Shown in pieces: positions 1 to 14,565 of a DNA stretch of 64,000 bases (its first letter is position 1; every line of letters starts with the position of its first letter). The stretch comes from Polyangium spumosum. Lineage in GTDB: Bacteria; Myxococcota_A; Polyangia; Polyangiales; Polyangiaceae. Where the stretch lies: assembly GCF_009649845.1 (NCBI RefSeq), contig NZ_WJIE01000009.1, positions 32,685-96,684 on the forward strand, read 5' to 3'. The notes under the pieces were generated by a model. It was not told where the DNA came from, searched no databases, and saw only the letters and a list, made by a program, of their open reading frames with translations. The translations under genes were made by a program, and so were the position numbers.

Positions 1-1
1 C

Positions 2-155
2 CGCGAGATCCTCGGCGTCCGGCACATCCAGGACCTGCTCGCCCCGGCCGACGGCTCGCTCCGGGTCGTCCCCGCTTCGGACGTCGCGCCCGCCTCCGGG
101 GCCCGCGGACACGCGCCCCACGAGGACGAAAACGAAGACGCCCTCGCCTCCTGAT
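2..155 (+). CDS. 3' end of an upstream gene (partial, hypothetical protein); the frame ends at TGA 153-155
   Basis: Open frame from the window edge with strong GC3 codon bias (ctc, ggc, gtc, cac, atc, cag, gac ...). It translates ...REILGVRHIQDLLAPADGSLRVVPASDV...EDENEDALAS*. No start is present inside the window. Confidence 0.35.
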
Positions 156-200
156 CGACGCTTTCCCGGGGAGGCCGTTTCCGCTATCGAACGGGCGTCG

Positions 201-800
201 ATGACCGCTCCCCGCCCAGCCTGGTCGCTCTTCCTCGACGTCCTCCGCGGGCCCCGCGCCGCGATGGCCGGCGTCGCCGCGCGCGCCGACGCGCGGGAAG
301 GCCGTTCGGTGATGCTCGTCCTCGGCGCGACGCATGGCCTCTTCTCGCTGCTCCTCTACCTCTCGGGCCACGCGCCTCGGTTCGGCTTGCCGGGGCTCGA
401 CCCGGGCCGGCATTATCTCTTCCAGGCCCTCTTCGCGGTCCCGCTTTACCTCGTCCTCTTCTGGATCGGCGGCGGCGTCGCGCACGCCCTCGCGCGTCGC
501 CTCTCCGCGTCGGGCGGGGCGGGCAGCCGGGGCGCGTCGCTCGCGGTGTTCGGCGTCTCGTACGCCGCGCCGATGATGTTGCTCTTCCTCCTGCCCGACA
601 TCGTCGTCCACCTCGCGTTTGGTTTTTCCGCCATCGGAAAGGCCATGCGATATTACGCGCCCCTCGCCGCGATCGGCTGCTTGATCCTCGGCACGATGGG
701 GTTGTCGCGCGCGCACCACCTCCCCACGCGGACGGCTCTCCTCTCCGCGTTCGTCGGTTTTCTGACGCAGGCCGTCGTCGGCGCGTTGTTCCTGCGATAA
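201..800 (+). CDS. Integral membrane protein (Yip1-like multi-pass, unknown function)
   Basis: ATG start at 201. The 199-aa product is strongly hydrophobic with about 5 predicted TM segments (LVLGATHGLFSLLLYL, LFAVPLYLVLFWIGGG, MMLLFLLPDIVVHLAFGF, LAAIGCLILGTMG, LLSAFVGFLTQAVVGALFL). Confidence 0.6.
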   Translation: MTAPRPAWSLFLDVLRGPRAAMAGVAARADAREGRSVMLVLGATHGLFSLLLYLSGHAPRFGLPGLDPGRHYLFQALFAVPLYLVLFWIGGGVAHALARRLSASGGAGSRGASLAVFGVSYAAPMMLLFLLPDIVVHLAFGFSAIGKAMRYYAPLAAIGCLILGTMGLSRAHHLPTRTALLSAFVGFLTQAVVGALFLR

Positions 801-975
801 CGAGCTCGCCGCTCGAGGCATCGGAAAAAGCTAAGTGTCGAGCTGAGATATCCGACGCGCCGCCAGGGGTTTGCGGCCCGCCTCGCATCGGAAAACGAAG
901 GCCCGGGTCGAGGTCCTTTGCGTACCCAACAATTCGGTTGGACCACCCGTTCGGCCTCGGCTACCCTCCGCGGTC

Positions 976-1662
976 ATGGAAAAGTTGCTCCGAGGCATCA
1001 TCGACTTCCGCAAGAACAAGCGCCCCGGTCTCCTCGACCTGTTCCGGAACCTCGCAGAAAAAGGGCAGAAGCCGGACGTCCTGTTTTTCGCCTGCGCGGA
1101 CAGCCGTGTCGTGCCGAACCTCGTCGTCTCGACCGATCCCGGCGATCTCTTCGTCGTCCGCAGCGTCGGCAACCTCGTCGCTCCGGCCTCGTCCGAGGGC
1201 GTGTCGGTCGCCGATGTCTCCGAGGCCTCGGCCATCGAGTACAGCATCAACCACCTCCCGGTGAAGCATATCGTCGTTTGCGGGCACTCCCACTGCGGCG
1301 CGATGGGCGCCGTCCTCGCCGGCCGGGACAAGCTCAAGGGCGTGCCGAACCTGAAGGAATGGCTCTCGCACGCGGAGCCCTCGTTCGCGCGCCTCGTGCG
1401 CTCGCCCTTCATCAAGAACGAGCTGCCGCCCGCGGATCGCCTCTCCCAGGCGAACGTGCTCCAGCAGATCGACCACATCCTCACGTACCCCGGGATCTCC
1501 GAGCGCGTGGCGCAGGGCACGCTCATGCTGCACGCCTGGTGGTTCGACGTCCCGAATGCCGACGTGCACGTCTACGACCGGGAGCGCGGCGGTTATACCC
1601 TGCTCGACGAGGCCGAGGCCGACCGCGTGCTCTCCGGACGATCGGGCATCCGCCCGAGCTGA
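976..1662 (+). CDS. beta-class carbonic anhydrase
   Basis: Beta-CA zinc-ligand motifs CADSRV and HSHCGA and overall family pattern (VVCGHSHCGAMGA). ATG (MEKLLRGIIDF) at 976; the listed ORF start at 871 is an N-terminal extension. Confidence 0.85.
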   Translation: MEKLLRGIIDFRKNKRPGLLDLFRNLAEKGQKPDVLFFACADSRVVPNLVVSTDPGDLFVVRSVGNLVAPASSEGVSVADVSEASAIEYSINHLPVKHIVVCGHSHCGAMGAVLAGRDKLKGVPNLKEWLSHAEPSFARLVRSPFIKNELPPADRLSQANVLQQIDHILTYPGISERVAQGTLMLHAWWFDVPNADVHVYDRERGGYTLLDEAEADRVLSGRSGIRPS

Positions 1663-1681
1663 TTCACACCTCGACAGGTCT

Positions 1682-2932
1682 TCAACCAGCGGCCCCGCCC
1701 GGCAACCCCGTCGGGTCGGGGTCGACCTGGTCCTTCGCGTCCCGCTTCCGCCGCGCCGCCGGATCGTCGTACATGAAGACGACCGTGAAGAGCACGAACG
1801 CGGCCCACATCGCCACGTGGTGGTAGAGCATCGTGATGCCGCCGAAGCGCTGGAAGATCCGGCTGGCGACGAGCGGACCCGTGAGGATGCCCGCCGCGTA
1901 GAACATGTTGTAGATCGCGTTGGCGCGGCTGTAATCGCGCGGCTCGACGATCACGCCCGTCAGCGCGAGGGCCACCGGCGACATCGAGGCGAACGACCCG
2001 CCCGTCCCGAAGACGATGGCGAGCATCAGCCAGTAATTGTCGACGTACACGAAGCCGAGCACGCAGGCGAGCCCGATGACCGAGAGCACGCGGACGGAGC
2101 GCAGGTGCCCCACGCGGTCGGCGATCCGGCCCGCGATGTTCGAGAACACCATCATCCCCAGGCAAAAGAGCCCCGTCAGGACGATCGTGTTGTTCTCGGG
2201 GACCCCTTTCGACTCGATGAGGTAAAGCGGCAGGAAAATCACCACGGCCGCCTGGAAGTAGCCGTACGAGAACGAGGCGAAACACGAGGTCTTGATCCGC
2301 CACAGGATCGTCGCGGCGGAGAGCTCCGAAGCTTTCTCCTGGCTGTTTTCGTCCTCCGCGCTCGCGCCTTCGACGGGCGGCGCCGGCGGCATTCGGAGCG
2401 ACACATAAATACCGGCGGCGAGCGCGAAGAGCGCGGCCACGCTGAACGAGACCGTCGCCGGGACGAAATAGGCCATTCCCGTCGCCATCAACGGGCCGGC
2501 CACGTATCCGCTCGCCAGCCATATCGCATAGAGGCTCGTGAGGTAGGCCTTGTGCTCCTTCTTGGCCTGCGCGAGCAGCACCGTCTCGGAGCTGACCCAT
2601 ATCCCGATCGTGAAGAGCCCGTCGACGAAGCGGACGGCCGCGACCGAGGCGAAGCTCGGCGCGAACGGGAAGGCGACCAGGCAGCAGGCATAACCGAGCA
2701 GAGACGCGGCGAGGACACGCTCGGCCGAAAACCGCCGAATGATCGCCCCAACCGGCAGCGCGAAGAGCACGAGCCCCGCGCCGAAGAACACGGCCAGATC
2801 GCCGATCTGCGCCTTCGTGTACCCGACCTTGTTCAGGTAGACCGCCGTCAGCCCGATCGAGATGCCGCACGCGATCCCGAACGGCAACGTGGTCCCATAG
2901 AGCCGGCGGAGCGGGGGGGTCACATGACTCAC
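1682..2932 (-). CDS. MFS-family transporter
   Basis: 416 aa with about 12 hydrophobic helices and a typical MFS organisation with a central charged loop. The start codon is GTG (track shows M). Confidence 0.8.
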   Translation of the reverse strand: MSHVTPPLRRLYGTTLPFGIACGISIGLTAVYLNKVGYTKAQIGDLAVFFGAGLVLFALPVGAIIRRFSAERVLAASLLGYACCLVAFPFAPSFASVAAVRFVDGLFTIGIWVSSETVLLAQAKKEHKAYLTSLYAIWLASGYVAGPLMATGMAYFVPATVSFSVAALFALAAGIYVSLRMPPAPPVEGASAEDENSQEKASELSAATILWRIKTSCFASFSYGYFQAAVVIFLPLYLIESKGVPENNTIVLTGLFCLGMMVFSNIAGRIADRVGHLRSVRVLSVIGLACVLGFVYVDNYWLMLAIVFGTGGSFASMSPVALALTGVIVEPRDYSRANAIYNMFYAAGILTGPLVASRIFQRFGGITMLYHHVAMWAAFVLFTVVFMYDDPAARRKRDAKDQVDPDPTGLPGGAAG

Positions 2933-3111
2933 GCCCGGCCTCTACCATGGCAGGCGCGCGTGGGCTATGCGCCTCTGCTGCGAACGATCTTACCCATCCG
3001 CCCGCCGTGCCGCAGCATGAAAGCTCGCCCGCCGGAGCGGCGAACGGGAGGCGCGGTTTTGTGTTGACAGGGGAGGGGGCGAGGCGGGCGGGCGGGCGGG
3101 CGCAGCGCGCG

Positions 3112-3711
3112 TCAATCGGGGATATCGGATTCGTCTCCGACCACGACCGCGAAGATGTCCGAGAGCGCGGCCAGCGCGACCTCGTGCACGGTCGCCGCGG
3201 GCAGGACGCGGCCGCTCGGCCCCGGCAGGGCGCGCGTCGCCGTCGCGCCGCCGACCACCGTGGCGCGGTAGCCGCGGTTGAATGCGGCGCGGGCCGTGGA
3301 GTTCACGCAGACGTGCGTCATGAAGCCGGCCAGGATCAGGTTTTTCGCGCCAAGCTTCTCGAGCCGCTCGGCGAGGTCCGTCTGCTCGAACGAGCTCGGG
3401 AAACGTTTCACGATCAAAGGCTCGCCCGCCCGCGGCGCGACGACGTCCGCGATGTGCCCGATCTCGGCGTTCACGTCGTACGGGCTGCCGGGGCCGGCGT
3501 CGTGCGCGATGTGGATCACCGGCGCCCCGACCACGCGCGCCCGCGCGAGCAGCCGCGCGGCCTGATCGAGCGCTGCCTCCACGCCTTCGAGCTGCATCAC
3601 GCCGCGTCGATAGGTGTTCTGGCAATCGATCATCACGAGCGCCGAGTCGCGGAGCGCCGTGGGATCCGCGGGCAGGCCGACGAGGGCGCGCAGGGTCGTG
3701 GGTTCAGCCAT
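3112..3711 (-). CDS. isochorismatase-family cysteine hydrolase
   Basis: Motifs LVMIDCQN and GFMTHVCVNSTARAA are typical of the isochorismatase/CSHase fold. GAGGAG RBS 7 nt upstream of the ATG. Confidence 0.85.
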   Translation of the reverse strand: MAEPTTLRALVGLPADPTALRDSALVMIDCQNTYRRGVMQLEGVEAALDQAARLLARARVVGAPVIHIAHDAGPGSPYDVNAEIGHIADVVAPRAGEPLIVKRFPSSFEQTDLAERLEKLGAKNLILAGFMTHVCVNSTARAAFNRGYRATVVGGATATRALPGPSGRVLPAATVHEVALAALSDIFAVVVGDESDIPD

Positions 3712-3720
3712 GGTGTCTCC

Positions 3721-4626
3721 TCAGTATCCGTCGCAGGCGCCGGGGGTCTTCTCGATGAGCTGCAAGACCTCGCCGTCGAAGCGACAGATCATGCTGATAT
3801 CGGGGTTCAGCGAGCTGTTCAAGAGGCAGTTGTCGAGCGCCTCCTCGCACGAGATCGCCGGCGTGTACGAGCTGCCGCCCTGGTCCGAGCAGAACTTCCA
3901 TTCGGCGACGCCGGCGCCCTTGCCCGCGCAGGGATCCGCGACCGGCGGCTCGTCGTCGCAATCGACCGCGCCCTCGGCGACGTGGCTCGTCTGCGTGTAG
4001 CCCGCCTCGACCGCGCAGGACGAGTCGGCCTGGAGATCGTCGTGCAGCGTGAAATGCGTGGCCTGGTAGCAGCCATGGAACGAGGTCAACGCGCGCCCCG
4101 TCAGGCCCTCGACCGCCGTCACGAGCGCCTGCGTATCGCTGCCGCCCTCGGCGTTGGGCCACGCGTAGGCATAAGCGCCGAGCGAGCCGTCCGGCCCGTC
4201 GTAGGCCTCGACCGGCACGCCCTCGGGCACGTCGGCCGTTTGATCGTGATACCCGTTCAGGATGACCTTTTCGAGCGTGACGCCGTCGGCCACGGTGACC
4301 GTCCAGTGCACCGGCTCGTACGACGAGAGGACCAGGATCGAGCTCGATTGCCGCTCGACGTGCACGCTCGCGGCGCCGGGCGGGTGAATGTTCCCGCTGT
4401 GATCGCCGTGTGATTCGTAGATACCGATGAGGTGCAGCTCGGAGCCGCAGACGGGGGCTGGACTGACGACGCCGCCGCCGGGTCCGCCGGGTCCGCCCGG
4501 CCCGCCCGGCTGGCCCTCGCCGCCGCCACCAACCACCACGGTCCCCTTGCAGCCCAGGAGCCCGAGCGTGCCCACCAGAAACATCCCCGCGAACATCCGC
4601 CCGAGATTCGATAAGCGCATCGCCAT
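3721..4626 (-). CDS. secreted lipoprotein with Gly/Pro-rich linker (unknown function)
   Basis: Internal ATG (MAMRLSNLGRMFAGMFLVGTLGLLGC) gives a signal peptide plus lipobox LLGC. A (GGPGGP)n collagen-like low-complexity tract follows, then a Cys-containing C-domain. The listed ORF 5' extension was rejected. Confidence 0.6.
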   Translation of the reverse strand: MAMRLSNLGRMFAGMFLVGTLGLLGCKGTVVVGGGGEGQPGGPGGPGGPGGGVVSPAPVCGSELHLIGIYESHGDHSGNIHPPGAASVHVERQSSSILVLSSYEPVHWTVTVADGVTLEKVILNGYHDQTADVPEGVPVEAYDGPDGSLGAYAYAWPNAEGGSDTQALVTAVEGLTGRALTSFHGCYQATHFTLHDDLQADSSCAVEAGYTQTSHVAEGAVDCDDEPPVADPCAGKGAGVAEWKFCSDQGGSSYTPAISCEEALDNCLLNSSLNPDISMICRFDGEVLQLIEKTPGACDGY

Positions 4627-4752
4627 TCCTCCGCTCGATAACAATTCGAGGCGGGGAAGGTAGCACGCGTGGAATGCCTGGAGAAGCGTGGAAGCGCCGC
4701 GTGTCATGATTTTGGCGACCCCCGCCAAGACCTCGCCGCGGCGCGTCGAACT

Positions 4753-7146
4753 TCAGTGAACGGCCTGCGCTTCGCCGCCGGTCGTCTCGTCGTTGCCGAG
4801 CGGGACGGTCTCCTCTTCGGACGGCCGCTCCTCCAGCGCCGCGGCGATCACCTGGCTCATGTCCTCGGCGAACACGAGCTCCAGCGAGGTCCGCACCTCC
4901 TCCGGCACCTCGTCGACGTCACGCGCGTTTTTTTGCGGCAGGATGACCCGCTTGATGCCGGCGCGGTGCGCGGCCATCACCTTGGCCTTGATCCCGCCGA
5001 CGGGAAGGACGCGCCCGCGCAGCGTGCATTCGCCGGTCATGGCCGTGTCGCTCCGCACCCGCCGCGACGAGAGCAGCGACGTCAACGCCGTGAACATCGT
5101 CACGCCCGCGCTCGGCCCGTCCTTGGGCACGGCGCCCGCGGGGACGTGGATGTGCAGGTCCTCCTCCTCGAGCTTCGACGTATCCACGCCGAGCGCCGAC
5201 GCGTGGCTCTTCACGTACGAGAGCGCCGCCTTCGCCGATTCTTTCATCACGTCGCCGAGCTGCCCCGTGATCTCCACGCGCCCTCGGCCCGGCATCCGGC
5301 TCGTCTCGATGAACAGGATGTCCCCGCCCACCGGCGTCCAGGCCATTCCCGTCGCCACCCCCGGCGTCGCCGTCCGCTCCGCCACCTCCGCGAAGAATTT
5401 CACCTTGCCGAGATACCTCCCGAGGTCGCTCTCCTCCACGTGCAGATGGGGCTTCTCCTCCTTCGCTCGCGCCACTTCGAGGGAGAGCGCGCGGCAGAGC
5501 TTCTTGATTTCTCGTTCGAGCTGCCTGACGCCCGCCTCTCGCGTGTAATCGCGGACGATCGCCCGGAGCGCGTCGTCCGTGATCGTGAGCGTGCCCTCCG
5601 GGATCCCGTGCGCCGCGAGCTGCTTCGGGATCAGATGCCTGCGCGCGATGTGCGCCTTCTCGTCCGGCGTGTACCCGGGGACCTCGATGATCTCCAGCCG
5701 ATCCCGCAGCGGCGCCGAGAGCGTGGAGAGATCGTTCGCCGTGCACACGAAGAGCACCTCGGACAGGTCGAACGGCAGCTCCAGGTAATGGTCCTGGAAC
5801 GTCTTGTTTTGTTCCGGATCCAGCACCTCGAGCAGCGCCGCCTCGGGGTTGCCCGCCCAGCCCACCGCGAGTTTGTCGATCTCGTCCAGGAGGACGACCG
5901 GGTTCTTCACCTTCGCCTTCTTCATCGCGTGGACGATCCGCCCCGGCAAGGCCGCCACGTACGTGCGCCGATGCCCGCGGATCTCCGCCTCGTCGCGCAC
6001 GCCGCCGAGCGCGATCCGCACGAACGGCCGGCCCGTCGCGTCCGCGATCGATTGCCCGATCGACGTCTTGCCGACCCCGGGCGGGCCCGCGAGGCAGAGG
6101 ATGCTCCCCCTCGTCGTGCCCTTCAATTTGAGGACCGCGATGTGCTCCAGGATCCGGCGCTTCACGTCGCCGAGACCGTAATGGTCCTCGTCGAGCTTCT
6201 CGCCCACCGCGTCGATGTCGTCCTTCGCGTCCGCGCGGTGGCTCCACGGCAGCTCCGCGATCCAGTCGAGGTACGTCCGGATCACGTTGTATTCGGCCTG
6301 CTGCGGGTTGAGCGCCTCGAGCCGCTCGAGCTCGCGCTTGGCGACGGCCCGGACCTCCTCGGGCAAGACCGCCTTCTCCAGCCGCTCGCGCAGCTTACCC
6401 GTCTCGTCGCGCTCGCCGTCCTCGCCGAGCTCCTTCTTGATGGCCTTGAGCTGCTCGCGCAGGATCGCCTCGCGCTGGTGATTGCCGATCTCGCGGCGCA
6501 CGTCCTGCTCGATCTTGCGCTTCACCTCGGAGAGCGATTTCTGCTCGATGACGAAGCCCGCCACGATCCGCAGCCGCTCCACCACGTCGAGCGCCTCGAG
6601 CACGCGCATGTCCTTGTCCGACGTCAGCCCGAGCAACGCCGAGACCCGATCCGCGAAGAGCCCCGGATCCTCCTCGGCGAGCGAGGCGTCGACCGAATTC
6701 TCGATCCCGCGGCCGAGCTCGCGCACCTGATCGAAGAGCGCCCGCGCGAAGAGCTTGGCCTCCTCGCTCGCCTCGCCCGTCTCCGCGGCGACCTCGCCCT
6801 CGGCGAGCCAGAACGGGTCCCGCCGAACGAGGCTGGAGAGGCGCATGCGGCCCACGCCCTCGAGGACGAGCTTCATGTCCCCGCTCGGCAGCCTCCCCGT
6901 CTCCACCACGCGGGCGAACGTGCCGAGGCGATAGAGCTCGGCCTCCGACGGGTCCGCGACGTTGCGGTCCTTCTGCGTGAGGACGCCGATCACGTCACCC
7001 TTGGCGAGGGTCCGGACGAGCGCGACCGAGCGCTCGCGGCCGATGGGGAGAGCGATCACCGCGCCGGGAAAGAGCACCCCGTTGCGGAGCGGAAGCACGG
7101 GAAACGGAGAAGAGGGCACACGGGCCCCGTCGCGGAGCGTCGTCAT
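4753..7146 (-). CDS. lon: ATP-dependent Lon protease
   Basis: 797 aa: N-terminal LON substrate domain, Walker A GPPGVGKTS, and the proteolytic-domain serine context PKDGPSAGVTMFTALTS. Confidence 0.95.
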   Translation of the reverse strand: MTTLRDGARVPSSPFPVLPLRNGVLFPGAVIALPIGRERSVALVRTLAKGDVIGVLTQKDRNVADPSEAELYRLGTFARVVETGRLPSGDMKLVLEGVGRMRLSSLVRRDPFWLAEGEVAAETGEASEEAKLFARALFDQVRELGRGIENSVDASLAEEDPGLFADRVSALLGLTSDKDMRVLEALDVVERLRIVAGFVIEQKSLSEVKRKIEQDVRREIGNHQREAILREQLKAIKKELGEDGERDETGKLRERLEKAVLPEEVRAVAKRELERLEALNPQQAEYNVIRTYLDWIAELPWSHRADAKDDIDAVGEKLDEDHYGLGDVKRRILEHIAVLKLKGTTRGSILCLAGPPGVGKTSIGQSIADATGRPFVRIALGGVRDEAEIRGHRRTYVAALPGRIVHAMKKAKVKNPVVLLDEIDKLAVGWAGNPEAALLEVLDPEQNKTFQDHYLELPFDLSEVLFVCTANDLSTLSAPLRDRLEIIEVPGYTPDEKAHIARRHLIPKQLAAHGIPEGTLTITDDALRAIVRDYTREAGVRQLEREIKKLCRALSLEVARAKEEKPHLHVEESDLGRYLGKVKFFAEVAERTATPGVATGMAWTPVGGDILFIETSRMPGRGRVEITGQLGDVMKESAKAALSYVKSHASALGVDTSKLEEEDLHIHVPAGAVPKDGPSAGVTMFTALTSLLSSRRVRSDTAMTGECTLRGRVLPVGGIKAKVMAAHRAGIKRVILPQKNARDVDEVPEEVRTSLELVFAEDMSQVIAAALEERPSEEETVPLGNDETTGGEAQAVH

Positions 7147-7441
7147 CGTGGGACTCCTTGGGAACTCAGGAAAGAGCGCCTCGCCACGGTCGGCGTCGCC
7201 GGCCCGATGGCCCGAGGCGTGAACGAACCATAAATCCGTTCATCGCTCCGTCAACGGGGGGACGTGACGTTAGGGCACCCGGTCGCCGTGGGGAGGCTTG
7301 GGAGACGTGGTCACCGACGTCGATTTCCTGCTCGTCGGGGGCCTCGGAGAAGATGATCCGCGCTCTCCAGGGGCGTATGCTCGGCGCGGTGCGGGCAAAC
7401 GGGACCTCGTCGGACAGCGGTTTCGGCCATCCGCCCTCGGG

Positions 7442-11263
<3,822 letters not shown>

Positions 11264-11269
11264 GGGCGA

Positions 11270-11527
11270 GCGCGCTCTCTTTTTGTTTTCTTTTTGAAAG
11301 TTCCGTCAGGGAATCGCTGTATACGAATACGGCGAACGCGCGCTTGACGACGCGGCGCTCGTGGAAAACCGAGCCGACCTTGCGCATGTTGAGCAACGTT
11401 CGCTCAATCGTCCACGGCGTTTTTCCTCTTGCTTCGGTTTTGAATACCATATACAAATAACGGAATGTCCGGAAACCCTGCATCTTTCGGCTTCATCGTT
11501 TTTTTGCTGCAGGAGCGGAGGTCTACC
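11270..11527. promoter_or_regulatory. AT-richer intergenic/promoter region upstream of the lipoprotein array
   Basis: Local GC drops (ttttgttttctttttgaaag..., catatacaaataacgg). A GGAGCGGAGG RBS lies just before the ATG at 11528. Confidence 0.3.
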
Positions 11528-12364
11528 ATGCGTGTTCTCAGTCGAGGGACTCGGCTCGTGGTTCTGGCGGCGGCGCTGGCGGGGTGCACCGCGGAAGTGG
11601 GTCCGGAGGGGGAGGTCGCGGAGGCGGCGGGCGCCATCGAGATCATGAATGCCCTCAACATGAACGCGCTCAACATGAACGCGCTCAACATGAACGCGCT
11701 CAACATGAACGCGCTCAATATGAACGGGCTCGACCCGAATTCGCTCTCGGCGATCCGCGATCCCGGCCCGAACGGCGACCTCGCCCGTGAGTTCGTCAAG
11801 TACGCCGTGAGCTGCTCGCTCGCGTCGGACCAGTCGTTCGACTTCACCTGGGCCGACGCGGAGGAGGTCGAGCATCCCGAGAGTTATCCGGGCGTGCTCG
11901 GGCTCGAGCCGGAGTGGGCGAACGGCCCCCTCAGCCTGAACGGCCAGCGCAAGGTGAGCGCGTGCTTGGCCGGGCTCACGAACATGTACGGCGTGCACGT
12001 CACCATCTCGATGCGTGGCCCCGAGGCTCCATTGAAGATCGTCGACCCGGCCGAGCTTCAGGCCTACCCGAACGTCGAGGGCGCGTTCTGGGGCAACCTC
12101 TGGGCGGACACGCCCCACCTCTACGCCTGTTACAACGGCGACACGGTCGCGAACTCCCGCGCCCATCAGCGCGTCTGCGCCGCGGGCCAGCTCAACCCCG
12201 ACAGCTCCATCACGGAGTGCGGCATGATCGACATCGTCGGCCCCTGCAGCGACGTCTGCGAGCCGGTGAGCAGCGAGACGGGGGCTCACCCGACCTGCCT
12301 CGTGAACCCCGGGACGCAAGATCCCACCACGACCGAGCACGTCGTCACGACCGCGCTGCCCTGA
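11528..12364 (+). CDS. repeat-containing lipoprotein, paralog 1 (unknown family)
   Basis: Signal peptide and lipobox MRVLSRGTRLVVLAAALAGC. Six NALNM pentapeptide repeats. Conserved C-domain motifs shared with the two downstream paralogs (EGAFWGNLW, ECGMIDIVGPC, terminal VTTALP). Confidence 0.8.
   Translation: MRVLSRGTRLVVLAAALAGCTAEVGPEGEVAEAAGAIEIMNALNMNALNMNALNMNALNMNALNMNGLDPNSLSAIRDPGPNGDLAREFVKYAVSCSLASDQSFDFTWADAEEVEHPESYPGVLGLEPEWANGPLSLNGQRKVSACLAGLTNMYGVHVTISMRGPEAPLKIVDPAELQAYPNVEGAFWGNLWADTPHLYACYNGDTVANSRAHQRVCAAGQLNPDSSITECGMIDIVGPCSDVCEPVSSETGAHPTCLVNPGTQDPTTTEHVVTTALP
11648..11737 (+). repeat. 15-bp tandem repeat (aacgcgctcaacatg) x ~6, in frame, encoding (NALNM)n
   Basis: Direct reading of near-perfect tandem 15-mers. 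Confidence 0.9.
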
Positions 12365-12547
12365 ACGGGCCCTCTCCCCGCCCATTCCGTCCATCCATCG
12401 CCGTTTCCAGCCGCGACCGGGCCGATGCTCGGAGCGCGCAACGCGTTGCGGGCGCCTCTCATCCAAGCACGAACCCGTCGGCGGTCCGACCTGGATGAGC
12501 CATCGTCGCGCCACCCGCGGGAATGACGCACCTTCGAGAGGGGTCGT

Positions 12548-13378
12548 ATGCGCGCTTGGCGATGGATGCTCGGGTCATGGGCGTTTTTTTTATCCGGCTG
12601 CGTCGGGGACGTGCGTGACGTCTCCGAGGAGGTCCTCGAGGCCAGGACCCCGCTCGTGGAGGGCAACAAGCTCTCCTCGAACTCGCTCGCGTTGAACTCG
12701 CTCGCGCTGAACTCGCTCGCGCTGAACTCGCTCGCGTTGAACTCGATGGATTCACAATCGCTCGCGGCGATCCAGGATCCGGGCAGCCAGGGCGCGCTCG
12801 CGCGCGCGTTCCTCCGGTATGCCATCGGTTGCGCTTTTGATGTGTCGCAGAGCCTGAGCTTCAGCTTCACCGACGCGGCGGGCCTGGTCCACGAGGAGAC
12901 GTACCACGGCGAGCTCGGCCTCGCGCCCGAATGGGCCACGACCGCGCTCGATTACTTCGGGCAGCGCATGGTGAGCGCCTGCGTGGTCGCTCGCGTCAAT
13001 TATTACGAGGTCCCCGTCCTCATCTCCATGCGCTCGGCCGTGCCGCCCCTCCATCTGGCCCCGGCCCCGGAGCTCAGCCAGTTTCCCCACATCGAGGGCG
13101 CCTTCTGGGGCAACCTCTGGGGCTCCTCGCCCGCCATCTACGCCTGCTACAAGCGCGAGAACGTCGCGAACTCCCGCGCCTTCGCCCGCGACTGCGCGGC
13201 CGGACACCTGCGCAATGACGGCACGATCGAGGAGTGCGGCATGATCGACATCGTGGGGCCCTGCGACACGTTCTGCTCCACGCAGAAGGGTGACCCCTAT
13301 TATCAAAGCTGCATCGACCAACCCCGCAAGGCAGGGAAAGGCAGCACGCAGATGCTCGTCACGACCGCGCTGCCTTGA
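12548..13378 (+). CDS. repeat-containing lipoprotein, paralog 2
   Basis: MRAWRWMLGSWAFFLSGC lipoprotein signal, (NSLAL)x5 repeats, and the same conserved C-domain (HIEGAFWGNLW, ECGMIDIVGPC, ...LVTTALP). Confidence 0.8.
   Translation: MRAWRWMLGSWAFFLSGCVGDVRDVSEEVLEARTPLVEGNKLSSNSLALNSLALNSLALNSLALNSMDSQSLAAIQDPGSQGALARAFLRYAIGCAFDVSQSLSFSFTDAAGLVHEETYHGELGLAPEWATTALDYFGQRMVSACVVARVNYYEVPVLISMRSAVPPLHLAPAPELSQFPHIEGAFWGNLWGSSPAIYACYKRENVANSRAFARDCAAGHLRNDGTIEECGMIDIVGPCDTFCSTQKGDPYYQSCIDQPRKAGKGSTQMLVTTALP
12666..12754 (+). repeat. 15-bp tandem repeat (aactcgctcgcgctg) x ~5-6 encoding (NSLAL)n
   Basis: Direct reading. Confidence 0.9.
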
Positions 13379-13515
13379 CCACCTTCCGCCCGCGCTGCGG
13401 CGCAACGCTTTCCAGCCTTGCCTCATCGTACCCCGAGACCTCACCGTGCTCACGCGCTGGGCTCCGTCCCCGGGCGAACCACGCGGGCGAGGACCCCATT
13501 TCTTGGAGGTGCAAT

Positions 13516-14406
<891 letters not shown>

Positions 14407-14565
14407 CACCAGGCCAAACCGCCATCTCCCTCCCCACGGCGCGCTCCGTTCCGGGCGCCCGGCCCCACCTCCTCGCCATTTTCATCCGACCCGGTCGGAT
14501 ATCGATTGTCGTTTCTTTTCCGAGGGTCCCTGGACGCGGGAAATCCGAGGGTTAGGCTTCCTCTC

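Noticed and set aside
184-888. 234-aa minus-strand Arg-rich ORF overlapping the membrane-protein gene
   Set aside because: Extreme Arg/Gly/Pro low complexity. The plus-strand product is a coherent multi-TM protein.
4669-7233. 854-aa plus-strand ORF antisense to lon
   Set aside because: Lon on the minus strand is unambiguous. The plus-strand translation is R/L/E-rich noise.
14506-14565. N-terminal 20-codon extensions (TTG-initiated) of kinase paralogs 2 and 3 (also 41057..41077)
   Set aside because: The track translates alternative start codons as M. The conserved N-terminal motif shared by the three paralogs begins at the downstream GTG/ATG.
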